Shown here: in pieces, positions 53,194-64,000 of the stretch
Layout of the letters: the number at the start of each line of letters is the position of its first letter
Position numbering within the stretch: position 1 is the first letter of the stretch
The notes under the pieces: generated by a model
Database searches by the model: none
What the model saw: only the letters and a program-made list of their open reading frames with translations
What the model was told of the DNA's origin: nothing
Program-made: the position numbers and the translations under genes
Origin: Octopus bimaculoides
Lineage: Eukaryota
Length of the DNA: 64,000 nucleotides
Reading direction: 5' to 3'
Assembly: GCF_001194135.2 (NCBI RefSeq)
Contig: NC_068990.1
Span: 59,358,376-59,422,375, forward strand

Positions 53194-53381
53194 TATATAC
53201 ACACACACACACATACATATGTGTGCATGTGTGTGTATAAATGTGTGTGTGAGAAAAATTAGTTCAAAGTAGAACAATTTTGTATGTTTTGGGGAGGCCA
53301 AAACGTTAGATTTCTAATAAAGATTCTTCATATCAAAGTAGTAACTTGCTATTGCAAGTATTTAAAATATGAAAATATGAC

Positions 53382-53732
53382 AATTAAAAATGTGTTATGA
53401 GTATTATAGGATAAAATCCTATTTAAACCCAACTAACAGTTAAAAAATTGAGAAGAGAAGATGTTAAAGGTTTTTATAAATTTTTAATCCATACGATCGT
53501 TTCGAATGATAATACTGACATGCAAGAAAACATGGAAAAAATTTAATTAATTATAATAATAATTAAATTAATTTAATAAAATGTTTTCTTGCATGTCAGT
53601 ATTATCATTCGAAATGATTGAATGGATTAAAAATTTATAAAAACTTTTAACATCTTCTCTTCTCCGTTTTCTAACTGTTAGTTGGGTTTATATAAGATTG
53701 TATCCTATAATACTCATAACACATTTATAATT
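53382..53732. mobile_element. Foldback element/MITE with 152-bp inverted arms
   Basis: 53382-53533 versus 53581-53732, about 11 mismatches by hand count; 47-nt AT-rich spacer. Confidence 0.9.
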
Positions 53733-53751
53733 ATATATATGTGTGTGTGTA

Positions 53752-53786
<35 letters not shown>

Positions 53787-54700
53787 TATAGTAATAAATT
53801 ATATACATACAACAGATTTCTTTCAGCTTCTGACCAATGAGTAAAGCTAATTCAAAGACTACTTTATCTTGTATATCCTGGATTACACACGTCAACATGA
53901 CCTTCCTTTTTTAAGGTTCCATGTCATTTGAAGAAAATTGGCTACTATTCCTAGCAGTTTGAGTGACCACATAAAGGCTCCTTTGTTTGGTTTGACTGTG
54001 TATATCATTTGCTTGTTTTACATATATTTTTCTTTTCATACTAGCACAGGTTGAACAAAGATTACTGAGGTATTTTATAGTTGGGTGCTCTTTCCGTCAC
54101 TAATACATGTTTATCCTACTTTTGTAGTAGGATTTTATATCCTACTTGTCTTCAAAAGTACAGCGCTAGATGATGATTTTGTTGACAAAGAATGTCACAA
54201 GTAACACAATTTTTAGCTAAACGTTTGTGTGTGATGCACAGAATGCAAACAGCTACCTAAATACACACGTGCATGAACACACACACACACACACACACGA
54301 CAGATTTTCATGCGGTTTCAGTTTATCATATCCACTCTCAAAGCATTAGTCTCCTGAAGCTACTATGGCAGACACTAGTCCAAGACTCTGCAGAGAGAAT
54401 ACAACTAGAGAATATGCAGTAATAAAGCAAACTGCACACACACACACATATTGTATAGATGAAAAAAAAATGTGTTATTCACATTTGCATATGCAAATCT
54501 GTCCAAATTATGCATAAATTGATGCAGGCATGGCCGTGTGATACTAAATTTGCTTCTCAACCATAATGGTTCCAAGTTCAGTCCCACTGTATGGCACCTT
54601 AGTCAAATGTCTACTATAGCCTCAGGCCAACCACAAAGCCTTGCGAGTGGATTCTGGAGACAGAAACTGAAAGAAATATATTGTATACATACATATAAGT

Positions 54701-54773
<73 letters not shown>

Positions 54774-56559
54774 TGTTTATTCCCTACTACTGCCTGACAA
54801 CTGATGTGTTGTAAATACACAACTTGGTGTGTTTACAACCCTGTAACTTAGTGGTTCGGCAAAAAGAGACCAAGAGAAAAAGTACCAGGCTTAAAAAAAA
54901 GTACAGGAGTTGATTTCTTCAACTAAAAATTCTTCATGGCAGTGCCCCAGCATGACTGCAGACTTATGACTGAAACAAGTAAAAAATAAGAGATATATAC
55001 ATAATATGCATTTTGCAAATTATGGTTGTTTATGTAAACACCCAAATGTTTTTACATCTTGAATTATAAATGTATTGTCCTTGTAGCACACTATACAAAT
55101 CATTGGTAATTGATTATTCAGCTCATTAGTTACAGTCCGTAACATTCTGAATCCATATTCCATCCAGCTCAACTTTGACTCATTCTATCATCATCATTTA
55201 ACGTCCATTTTCTACGCTGACATGGGTTGAGTGGTTTGATAGGAGCTGTCAAGGCTAGGAGCCATACCAGGCTCAATTACCTGTTTTGGTATGGTTTCTA
55301 CAGCCCAATGCCCTTCCTTATGCATCCACTTTAGAGAGTGTACAAGATGGGTTTTTTTTTACACAACACCAGCACAGAATAACATAATATTTAGAATGGG
55401 ATAATACATACAATATTTTGAGTGTATATAAACAATACTTAGAATGCATATAAATTATGGTGTGTCCACTGTGTAGCACCATGAGCAATCATTTCCTACC
55501 CACAGCCCCAAGCAAACCATGGCCCTGTGACTGAGAAGCCTGTAGTGTCATTGTGTGATAAAAAAAAAAGCAGCCAAGTATTGGGTGAATGTAATCAACT
55601 AACTCCTATTTCTCAAATTTTCTAGCCTTGAACCTAAATTAGAAAATTATTGATATTATTAGCATTTTCCCGCTCTCAATAAAACTTGCATTACATTCCT
55701 AAGATCTACAGCTGGTGCTTTGCTCTCTCAGCCTTCCTTTTGGTTGAGATTTTTTTTTTTTTGACCTCCTTTAAGTCGAAGTTAGGTCTCATTAGGGTGT
55801 AGGGTAAAAATATAAATCAAAACAGTAATATCTGTAGAAACAGGAAAAACACATGGTGAGAAATGTAAAACCTCCCAACCTATTGGCAAAATGCTTATTT
55901 ACTATAATTATCACAATTATAAGCAAAATAGAGTGAAATAAACCAACTGAAAACAGAGCTTAAGATTACTTGTATATTCATAAATTACTTTGCAACCAAA
56001 CTGAAACTGGTAGTATTAAGTAGATTTCGAATGTGTCAAAATTTGTTATTAAAGAGGCTTGTCATTTAGAAACTAAATTCTGAGAGACATCATCCTTGAT
56101 GTGGGACAGCTTAAACAGGTAGTGGTTGTTTATGTAAATGACATTAAATACATCATAAATCCATGTAGCAACTGAAGATATGAGAGCTGATGGCAGAAGG
56201 ACAAAGATTAACAAACAAAAATTTGATAGCCTTACAATTCAGGACCTGATTGGCAAGACAGGTTTACATTGAATGAAGGCTCAGTTACGTTGCTTTATTG
56301 AATTTTGGCATCTATCATCATCATTATAGATAATAGTTTCCTGGACTTTTCCCACTCCGCTCTTACTCTGGATACTACACTTTCAAAAAACCCTTTTCCA
56401 TTGTTAATTAGATCTCCTGGGTATCAAAAGCTAAACAGCTATTTTAAGAGAACTTTTCAAACATTTGAAAGAATGTATATTAAGAATTCTCTTACAACTA
56501 CTGTTGTGCATCTGCTATAATGACCTTCTTCAGTCTACTTGCCTGTGATCCCACTCCAC

Positions 56560-57350
56560 TGCATCTCTTGTGCACCCACAGTTAACAGAGTACACTATAG
56601 CATTCACCTTTTCCATATATAGAGCGTGGCCACTTCCCACATAGTAGTAGATTCTTGTTTGCTTTCCTACTGATAAAAACTTTTGTGTTTGGAAGTTTAG
56701 TTTTTGATTCCAGGCTTTGCTTCCATGTTCGGAATTTTTTTATTAAATTCATTGGTAGATTCAGCTATAAGAACTGGATTATCAGCATACAGATGTTCAC
56801 ATAAGTAGCCAGTCTTCAAACTCTGCTATTATGGCCTTGAAACAGTATTAAAGAGAATAGGGTGGAGAACAAAGCCCTGATGGACACCTACCTGCACAAT
56901 AAATTTCTCGTTTAACCTATTGATATCTCTCACCTTACTGCTACAGGCCATTCATTTACACTTGATTTTCTTAGTAACCACCAAACTACAGAGCAGGATA
57001 TTCTACCAAAGGCTTCTCCAAGTCAACAAATGTTATGTACTACAGCTGCCAACTTAGCAGCTAGTCCCTCTGTTGAGTTAACTTAGGGCAGTTCCTTCAT
57101 CCACACATATTCTCCACATGCAGCAACCTCTGCCCCTCTTCTCATAGCATCAGTGACAGCAAGTGTACTACTACCATTACATCCAAATTGCTTTGCAATT
57201 TAAAACACCCACTACCCCATCCTCGTGTCACTTTCACTTTCCACTTCTCGTGTTGCTAAGTACACCCGACATCTAGCTTCTCTTTTAACAATCTGATATT
57301 ATTCTTTGCTCTCCTATTTCTTCCATTCTTCCCAGAGCTGTCTTTTAGCT
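56560..57350 (-). mobile_element. Degenerate RTE LINE fragment (RT domain)
   Basis: Minus-strand VQVGVHQGFVLHPILFN and HLYADNPVLIAES...WKQSLESK with stops and frameshifts; boundaries approximate. Confidence 0.8.
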
Positions 57351-57911
57351 GCTATGTCACTTTACATTGGTTTGGAACTTTGCCCCATTGACACATTTAG
57401 TCTGTGATGAGGAAGACAAAATTCAAATAAAATAAAAACAGTTAAATCATCTCTCAAATAAGGATAAATTGAACATTTGAGCAATAGGGACCGGACCCTA
57501 GGATAACTCCTCGTTTATTATTGCCTTACCCACTGAACAACTCGTCAATTTGGTCAAATGTCTGTGATATATATACATATGTGTGTGTGTGTGTGTGTGT
57601 GTTCAATTTTACGACCATTTTCTTCCATGCTAGCATGGGTTAGATGAAAATATATTACTGAGGCATAGTTTTACAGATGAATACCTTCCTCTTGTTAACC
57701 CATACTTGTTTTTCAAGCGAAGAAGATCAATTTCCACATCTTTAAAGCACAAAGCCAGTAGATGATTTATCTGATAGAGAGGAAACAACATCATTGGGCA
57801 TAGCTCGGTGGTTTTCTGAGAAGTGCAATTGTAAACACAGACACATGCATTGATACACACATACATGCATTTTATATTTACAAACACACATGCACATATA
57901 TGTATACATAC

Positions 57912-57959
<48 letters not shown>

Positions 57960-57960
57960 A

Positions 57961-58197
57961 ATACACCATTTCGAGCATGGCTGTAGCCAGTACCGCCTGA
58001 CTGGCCCTCATGCCGGTGGCACGTAAAAGCACCCACTACACTCTCGGAGTGGTTGGTGTTAGGAAGGGCATCCAGCTGTAGAAACTCTGCCAAATCAGAT
58101 TGGAACCTGGTGTTGCCTCCTGGTCCACCAGTCCTCAGTCAAATCGTCCAACCCATGCTAGCATGGAAAGCGGACGTTAAACGACGACAACGATGTA
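57961..58197 (+). mobile_element. Young short retroposon ending in an RTE-type tail (family C)
   Basis: gttggtgttaggaagggcatccagctgtagaaac...gcatggaaagcggacgttaaacgacga; many decayed copies ending in (atg)n runs, e.g. about 10020-10210, 18100-18290, 32940-33090 and 43925-44100. Confidence 0.8.
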
Positions 58198-58233
58198 TAA
58201 AAATATCTGCACGTGTGTGTACACATACAATTA

Positions 58234-59097
58234 TACAAGGTGGTATCAAAAAGTTCCCGGACTAGTTATGTTTAATATGAAATAATTTATTTACCTAAGT
58301 TTTAACATCATCTCCTTCGAAATAGTCACCTTGCACAGCAATACACTGGTCCCGGTGTTCCTACCACTTTTGGAATCTGGCCTGGAAGTTGTTTTCCGTG
58401 AGTTGAGGACCTTCTGCACTTTGCTCTGGATCTCAACAACAGTGTTAAAACAGTGACCTTTGAGCTGTATTTTGATGTTGGGAAAGAGATGGAAGTCTGC
58501 AGGTGCTAAATCTGGTGAATAGGGCAGGTGCAGAAGTGATAACATGCTTTTGGTGAGAAATCACGAGTAATGAGAGCTTAGTGAAGAATCCAATTCTTTG
58601 CACTCCACAGATCCAGTCACTTTTGCTGAATGTCCTCCCTCAAATGCTTTAAAATGTCACAGTAGAACTCTCGATTGATGGTCTGACCCTTGGGGACGAA
58701 TTCTTGATGTATGATACCATATTTACACAGGTGATGTTCAAGGCAAGTCTCCCAGGGATGTTCTCTGCTTTTGAAGTGCTTGTGCCACTCAAAACATTGT
58801 TGCTATAAGCTTGTCAAAGCATGTTCAATGTCTCTGTAACAGACTATCCAAGTTTAACACAAAATTTCACATTGGCTTTATCTTTCAACTTCCTGTCCTT
58901 GACAAAACTTCAGACTACAGCATACACGTGATCACAAAAACACAAATTTCACAACTTGCAAAGTAAACACAGTGATGTCACTCGGCATACTGCCTCATGA
59001 AGGTCACTGCTAGCACTCACTGTGCATGCAACCATGTGCTGCCATCTGTTGGCACACTATAGAACTAATCTGGGAACTTTTTGATACCACTTTCATA
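58234..59097 (-). mobile_element. Internally deleted mariner transposon with degenerate transposase
   Basis: TIRs gtggtatcaaaaagttccc at both ends with TA flanks; minus-strand ORF 58291-58545 contains HLPYSPDLAPADFHLFPNIKIQLKG (mariner YSPDL motif). Confidence 0.9.
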
Positions 59098-60099
59098 TAT
59101 ACATGCACACAATGGGCTCTTTTCTATAGCTATCTACCAAATGCACTCACAAGATTTTGGTTAGCCCAAGATGCCATTCAGTGGGACTGAACCTGGAACC
59201 ACATAGTTGAGAAGAAAACTTAACCATACAGACATTCATAACTTCATCATTTAAAGTCTTCTTTCCATGCTGACATGCGTCAGATGGTTCAACTGAAACA
59301 AAAAAACCAAAGGACTGTGCCAAGCTCCAGTGTCTGCTTTGGTATAGTTTTTATGATCGGATGCCCTTCCTAACACTAATCACTTTACAGAGTGTGTTCT
59401 GTGATTTTTTCTGTGGCACTAACATTAGTGAGGTCACCAAGCAACTTGCAAGACAAGATCCCTCGACTGAGCTGTGGAGTAGAGGATTGACGGAAGTGGC
59501 TTTATGCTAGGTGATGAGAGTTTGAAGTATGATAGAGGGACAGAAAACAAGTGTTTGCTGTAGAGAAGATACATGGCTATCCAAACTGGAGAAAGAAAGA
59601 TGGCTATGGTGAGGTATCAGGGCATATTCTCAAGTTATACAAAGGTGGATATAAAAGAGGATTGGATAGGGTGAGTGGTTAGGTTGCGAGTGAGCTGCAT
59701 AGTGCCAAGGACAAGGTCAAAGGAATGTAGAGGTAGAACTAGTGAGTGATGGACCAAGGTAGTGGTGCTGTCATTGGCATAATGAGGGGGTTTACAGTGG
59801 AAACAGGGAGTGAAAGGGTGTTCAGTAGAAAATAAGCTGCTATGGGTTGATTAAGAGAATATGGGCAATGAAAGTGGTTTCAGTAAGAGTGAAAACTGGT
59901 AGCACAAAAGGAGAAAGAAATATGTGCAGTTACACTTTCATATAATCACAACAACTAAATGAATAGTGATGCATTCAGAAGTGATGGCAGGATGGGTGTT
60001 AGGAAGATGAGTTGGGGAGAAAAGAGTCATCAGAGACAGATTAGGTGCGGAGGCATAGACATAAATGGCTTTTAGTGCTTCATTTTTGCTGAGATGGAC

Positions 60100-60947
60100 A
60101 AGTCTTCTTGAGTATAGCAAATCACCAATCATCTCCCCACGAAGCTCATTCTTCATTACTTCATCCCATGTCTTCCTGAGTCTCTCTCTCTTCCAGTTTT
60201 CATCCACATTTAGTGACCAACACTTTTATACAACTGTCCTCATCCATACTCATCACCTGACCATACCAATACAGTCTTCTCTCATGCACACAACATCTGA
60301 TGCTCTTTATGTCCAATTTTTCTCTGAAAATATTTGCAACTTGTCATTCATGCACAGTGATGTTGCACATGCAATGAGGCATGCTAATTTCATTTCTTTC
60401 TAGCCTTCACATAAACATCTGCATTCATGGCCCATGTTTCACCATCATATAGCACTGTTTGTTATTCATACAAAAGCATCATACAATCTGCCTTTCACTT
60501 TGAGAGAGAAATTTTGTTAACAACATAGGTAAAAACTCCCTGAACTTTCTTTAGCCAATTCTTATTCAAATGATTATACTCTCAGAACACCTTCCTCCAT
60601 TGCTAATTTGGTCACCTAGATAACAAAAACTATTTAGTACCTCTAAGAATTCTCCAAGGAATTCAAGAAAATTTTCCATGTGTTATTGCATATTGCTCCA
60701 GTACATCTGCCGTATAAAGTCTGCTTACTCTGATAACCTTCTTCCGATCTCATTGCACCTTTACATGTCCTCAGTCGGCACTGGGTACACTATACTGAAT
60801 TTCTGCCAACGCCTGTGCATATCAAATAAGACCCATTATCCTGCTTACGAGAACCTTGGTTCTTTGATTCCAGGCTTTGCTTCTATACCTGGAATTTCTT
60901 TTCTAATTCTACTATAGATTCAGTTCTAAGAACAAGGTAATCAGCAT
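60100..60947 (-). mobile_element. Degenerate RTE LINE 3' fragment
   Basis: ADYLVLRTESIVELEKKFQV*KQSLESK through RLYWYGQVMSMDED and RLRKTWDEVMK. Confidence 0.8.
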
Positions 60948-62827
60948 TATATATATATATATATATATATATNNNNNNNNNNNNNNNNNNNNNNNNNNNN
61001 NNNNNNNNNNNNNNNNNNNNNNNNNNNNATATATATAGTGTTATATTCTGTTAGGAATATAACATGGTAGAGTACAGTATAGAGCTCGTCCACCTTCAGA
61101 ATTACCCAGTAGTATTGGTAGTATTATTATATACTTCCAAGTTTAAATTTGGGCATTCGTCATGTGTGAATATAAAATTGAAGAAATTGGAGTCAAGAAG
61201 AAGGAGTATAGTTGGACATTTGTTTATCATTCACTATATATATATATATATATATATACATACACACACACACACATATTATGCTGATGGCTCGTTGTGC
61301 AAAGATGTGGAATAATGTACTTTAATTGAAAAACTGGTTTCCAGATGAGTAGTCAGTCAAAGAAAACTTCCTCAATATAATCCATGCAAATATAGAGAAA
61401 GCAGACATAAAATGTGGAAATGAAACAATGACTACCAAGAAAGATTAGGGAAAATATTTGGTTGAGGATCTTCTAGGTATCAATGAACAGACACAAAGAC
61501 AGAGTAGCCTCAATGCTGAAAAGATGATGTTATTCTTGAGTAACATCTTTATCAGATGATCATTTTGAACTTGCAGTTTATGTCAAGTGATGATTGACCT
61601 GATCACACCTGCTTTGTGTTAGCTGGACAATATAATCAATCAAATATTCACATATTCATTCTGCAAATTTAGTGAATAATGGGGTTTTCCAATGGGAAGA
61701 ACTTACATTTTCCAACAGGGGTTGCAAGTAGAATAATAGTCCACTAGTTTTCTCAAAAACAAAAAAAAAAAAACTTTCACTTCACAGAATCCATTAGACT
61801 CTTTGAAACAATATGATTATCACAAATACCTTTTCTTTTTTTACATATACTATGTACATATTTTTAAAAAATGAACTAAATAAGGCATTGAGGTCTATCA
61901 ATTCACATTCTGTTTGAGTGGACTTAATCAACTGAAAGCAATTACGTCATCTAATCAATTACATCACCACTGGCTCCTAAAATATTTCTGGTCTTGTACC
62001 TATCTTAGAAATCATTACTGTAATTGTTAAGCAAAGGGTGGAGTTAACTATAGTTAGTTAATTAGTAATAAAGAACTGGATTAAATTAGTGCAAAGTTTG
62101 AGACACAGTGGAGATGATTTGCATTATTGCACTCAAAACCTAACAGATTTGACATTAAATATTGTGGGCTTGATTTTGCATTTCATATAGCAATGGTTAA
62201 TAAAATAACTACCCATTGTTTAGTCCAAGGTCATTCCTGATTGGAACAGAGTCAGGGTCAATGAAGATATCTCAGCAGTGATCATACTGTCTTTTTAAAA
62301 GTATCTAGGACTACATTATGTAATATGACACCTTGGTTTTTTTTTTAAAAACTGGGCATTAATAGAATATCTGATTGCTTCTTCTAACAAGTTGAGAGAC
62401 TGCCAAGCAGCTCCCCCCAATAATACTATTTCCTCCATACATATTAGTGTCAACATTGTCACAAGAGATTACCACCACTACTACTAGGTTTGGCATAGAG
62501 ACTAAAATGCTAGACAGGAAGTTTTACAATATCCAGACCAATAAATATTTCACTGTTGTTAGTTCAAATCTCAGTGATAGCCAAGTTTGTTTTTTTGTCC
62601 CACAGGTTGATTAACCTTTTAGCATTCACCATTATTCTCTCAAAAGTAATGCTATTGCTCTTCTGTCTTTACTCCTGTTCACCTTATATCTTGAGGTCCA
62701 ACACTGAAACCTCATCACCACCATCTTTATCCCTCTTTCCAGCCCCACCTCAATTATTCCCACACAAGTAGCCATATATCTCCCCTCTACAGCAAAAAAA
62801 AACCTGTTCCAGCCCCTTCTTTCATGC

Positions 62828-63027
62828 TAAACCCTTTAGCATTCACATTATTCTCAATGTTTCGAATTAATCATGCATTATCTCATAGCTTTGCGATTTT
62901 GATGAGGTAGCTGTTAATTTTTAGAATATTGTAGGGTTGGGTGGAGAGGCCAGATGCAGCCAGTTTGAACATAAAACAAGTAGAATATTTGGGCCAAAAA
63001 TGACTGGTTTAAATGCTGAAGGGTTAA
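62828..63027. mobile_element. piggyBac-like MITE, opposite orientation
   Basis: ccctttagcatt...aatgctgaagggttaa termini; body is the reverse complement of the 19223 copy. Confidence 0.7.
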
Positions 63028-63269
63028 ATTTCAATTCTCCTTCACCTACATAAATGTTGGCTTTGAGCTGAATTCTTCTTATGAATAGTAACATGTCTGT
63101 TATGGGTGAATAATTCCACATTAGTTTCTCAAGTAGACCAGATTGAAATAAGAAGCCAGTTGCCTGGAACAGGATTTGAGCTTTGTATTATTCTAGTTTC
63201 AATTGATGGGGCAAGGAGCTAACATTTATTATATTTACTATTCAATATATCATCATTTTATGTCTACTT

Positions 63270-63470
63270 GACCATGCCTGCATGGGCTAGATGGCGCTTT
63301 TCCAGCACAGCGTCTTACCACTTGTGGTCCCAAGTCATCTTTTTGCTATTTTCCTATGGTTTTCTCTTGCACAGGTTTACTCGGTGCTACTTTACAAGTG
63401 CCATCCTCCATATACATCACATATCCATACCAGTGCAGGCATCTTTCCTGCACATTACATTCAGTTCCTC
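63270..63470 (-). mobile_element. RTE LINE C-terminal remnant
   Basis: Minus-strand VQERCLHWYGYVMYMEDG; decayed RTE-type tail follows. Confidence 0.6.
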
Positions 63471-63811
63471 TGATAGTAAGTAATATATGTGTGAGCTAAG
63501 AACAGTGGAAGTTGTTTACTGTGATTATTTTCCGATGAAGTCTTTTCAACAACTGGCTAATAACATTAAGCAAAAGTTTGAGACCCAGTAATTTTGATAA
63601 TAAGCAGCTGATAACATCTCTGTGACTATAATAAGAAGCTTCCAGTGTGTGTGCATATTTGAGTATATACAAATGTGCTTGTGTGTGTGTTAATGTTTGG
63701 TTTTTACGTTCATTTATAACTTCTGCAGAGTACGAGTTTATTATTCTTAAATGAGAATATTATCGACAGTGACTTCAAAGTTTCAGTCAGTTAAGTTATT
63801 GGACAGTTTAG

Positions 63812-63854
<43 letters not shown>

Positions 63855-64000
63855 ATATATATATGAAAGAAGGTTTGAAAATGCACTTATTTTAAAGATA
63901 TTTATTTACTTAACCGGTTTCACTTTTTTAGAAAAAGATTATCAAAAGTCTTTGAGAATAATAAAAAATGTTAAAAAACAGTTTGAATATTAAAATGCAT

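Noticed and set aside
1-64000. CRISPR arrays, rRNA genes or prokaryotic operons
   Set aside because: Eukaryotic repeat-rich DNA; no regularly spaced repeat-spacer array or rRNA-like sequence was seen.

Overview
AT-rich, repeat-dense eukaryotic DNA with nine N-gaps. The repeat families and microsatellite style look like an octopus/coleoid cephalopod draft genome (inferred from recollection, not a database search). One confident coding exon: a 147-bp minus-strand exon (3787-3933) of WDR48/UAF1 ([42 protein letters not shown]...), equivalent to human coding exon 2. Its exon 1 and exon 3 are not visible. Everything else I could assign is non-coding: tRNA-derived SINEs, piggyBac-, hAT- and Tigger-type MITEs, two mariner derivatives, RTE and CR1-type LINE fragments, Helitron-type elements, foldbacks and microsatellites. 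The standout is an apparently intact type-I hammerhead ribozyme (6930-6990, minus strand, same sense as WDR48). It has a short self-complementary stem III and sits in a CpG-rich, hairpin-rich 351-bp unit whose first 43 bp are repeated exactly, next to a 665-N gap. This is the architecture of a non-LTR retrozyme or Penelope-derived ribozyme repeat that could yield a circular RNA. Four decayed hammerhead-like relics and an RTE fragment unlike the other RTE copies (possible horizontal transfer) also merit checking.
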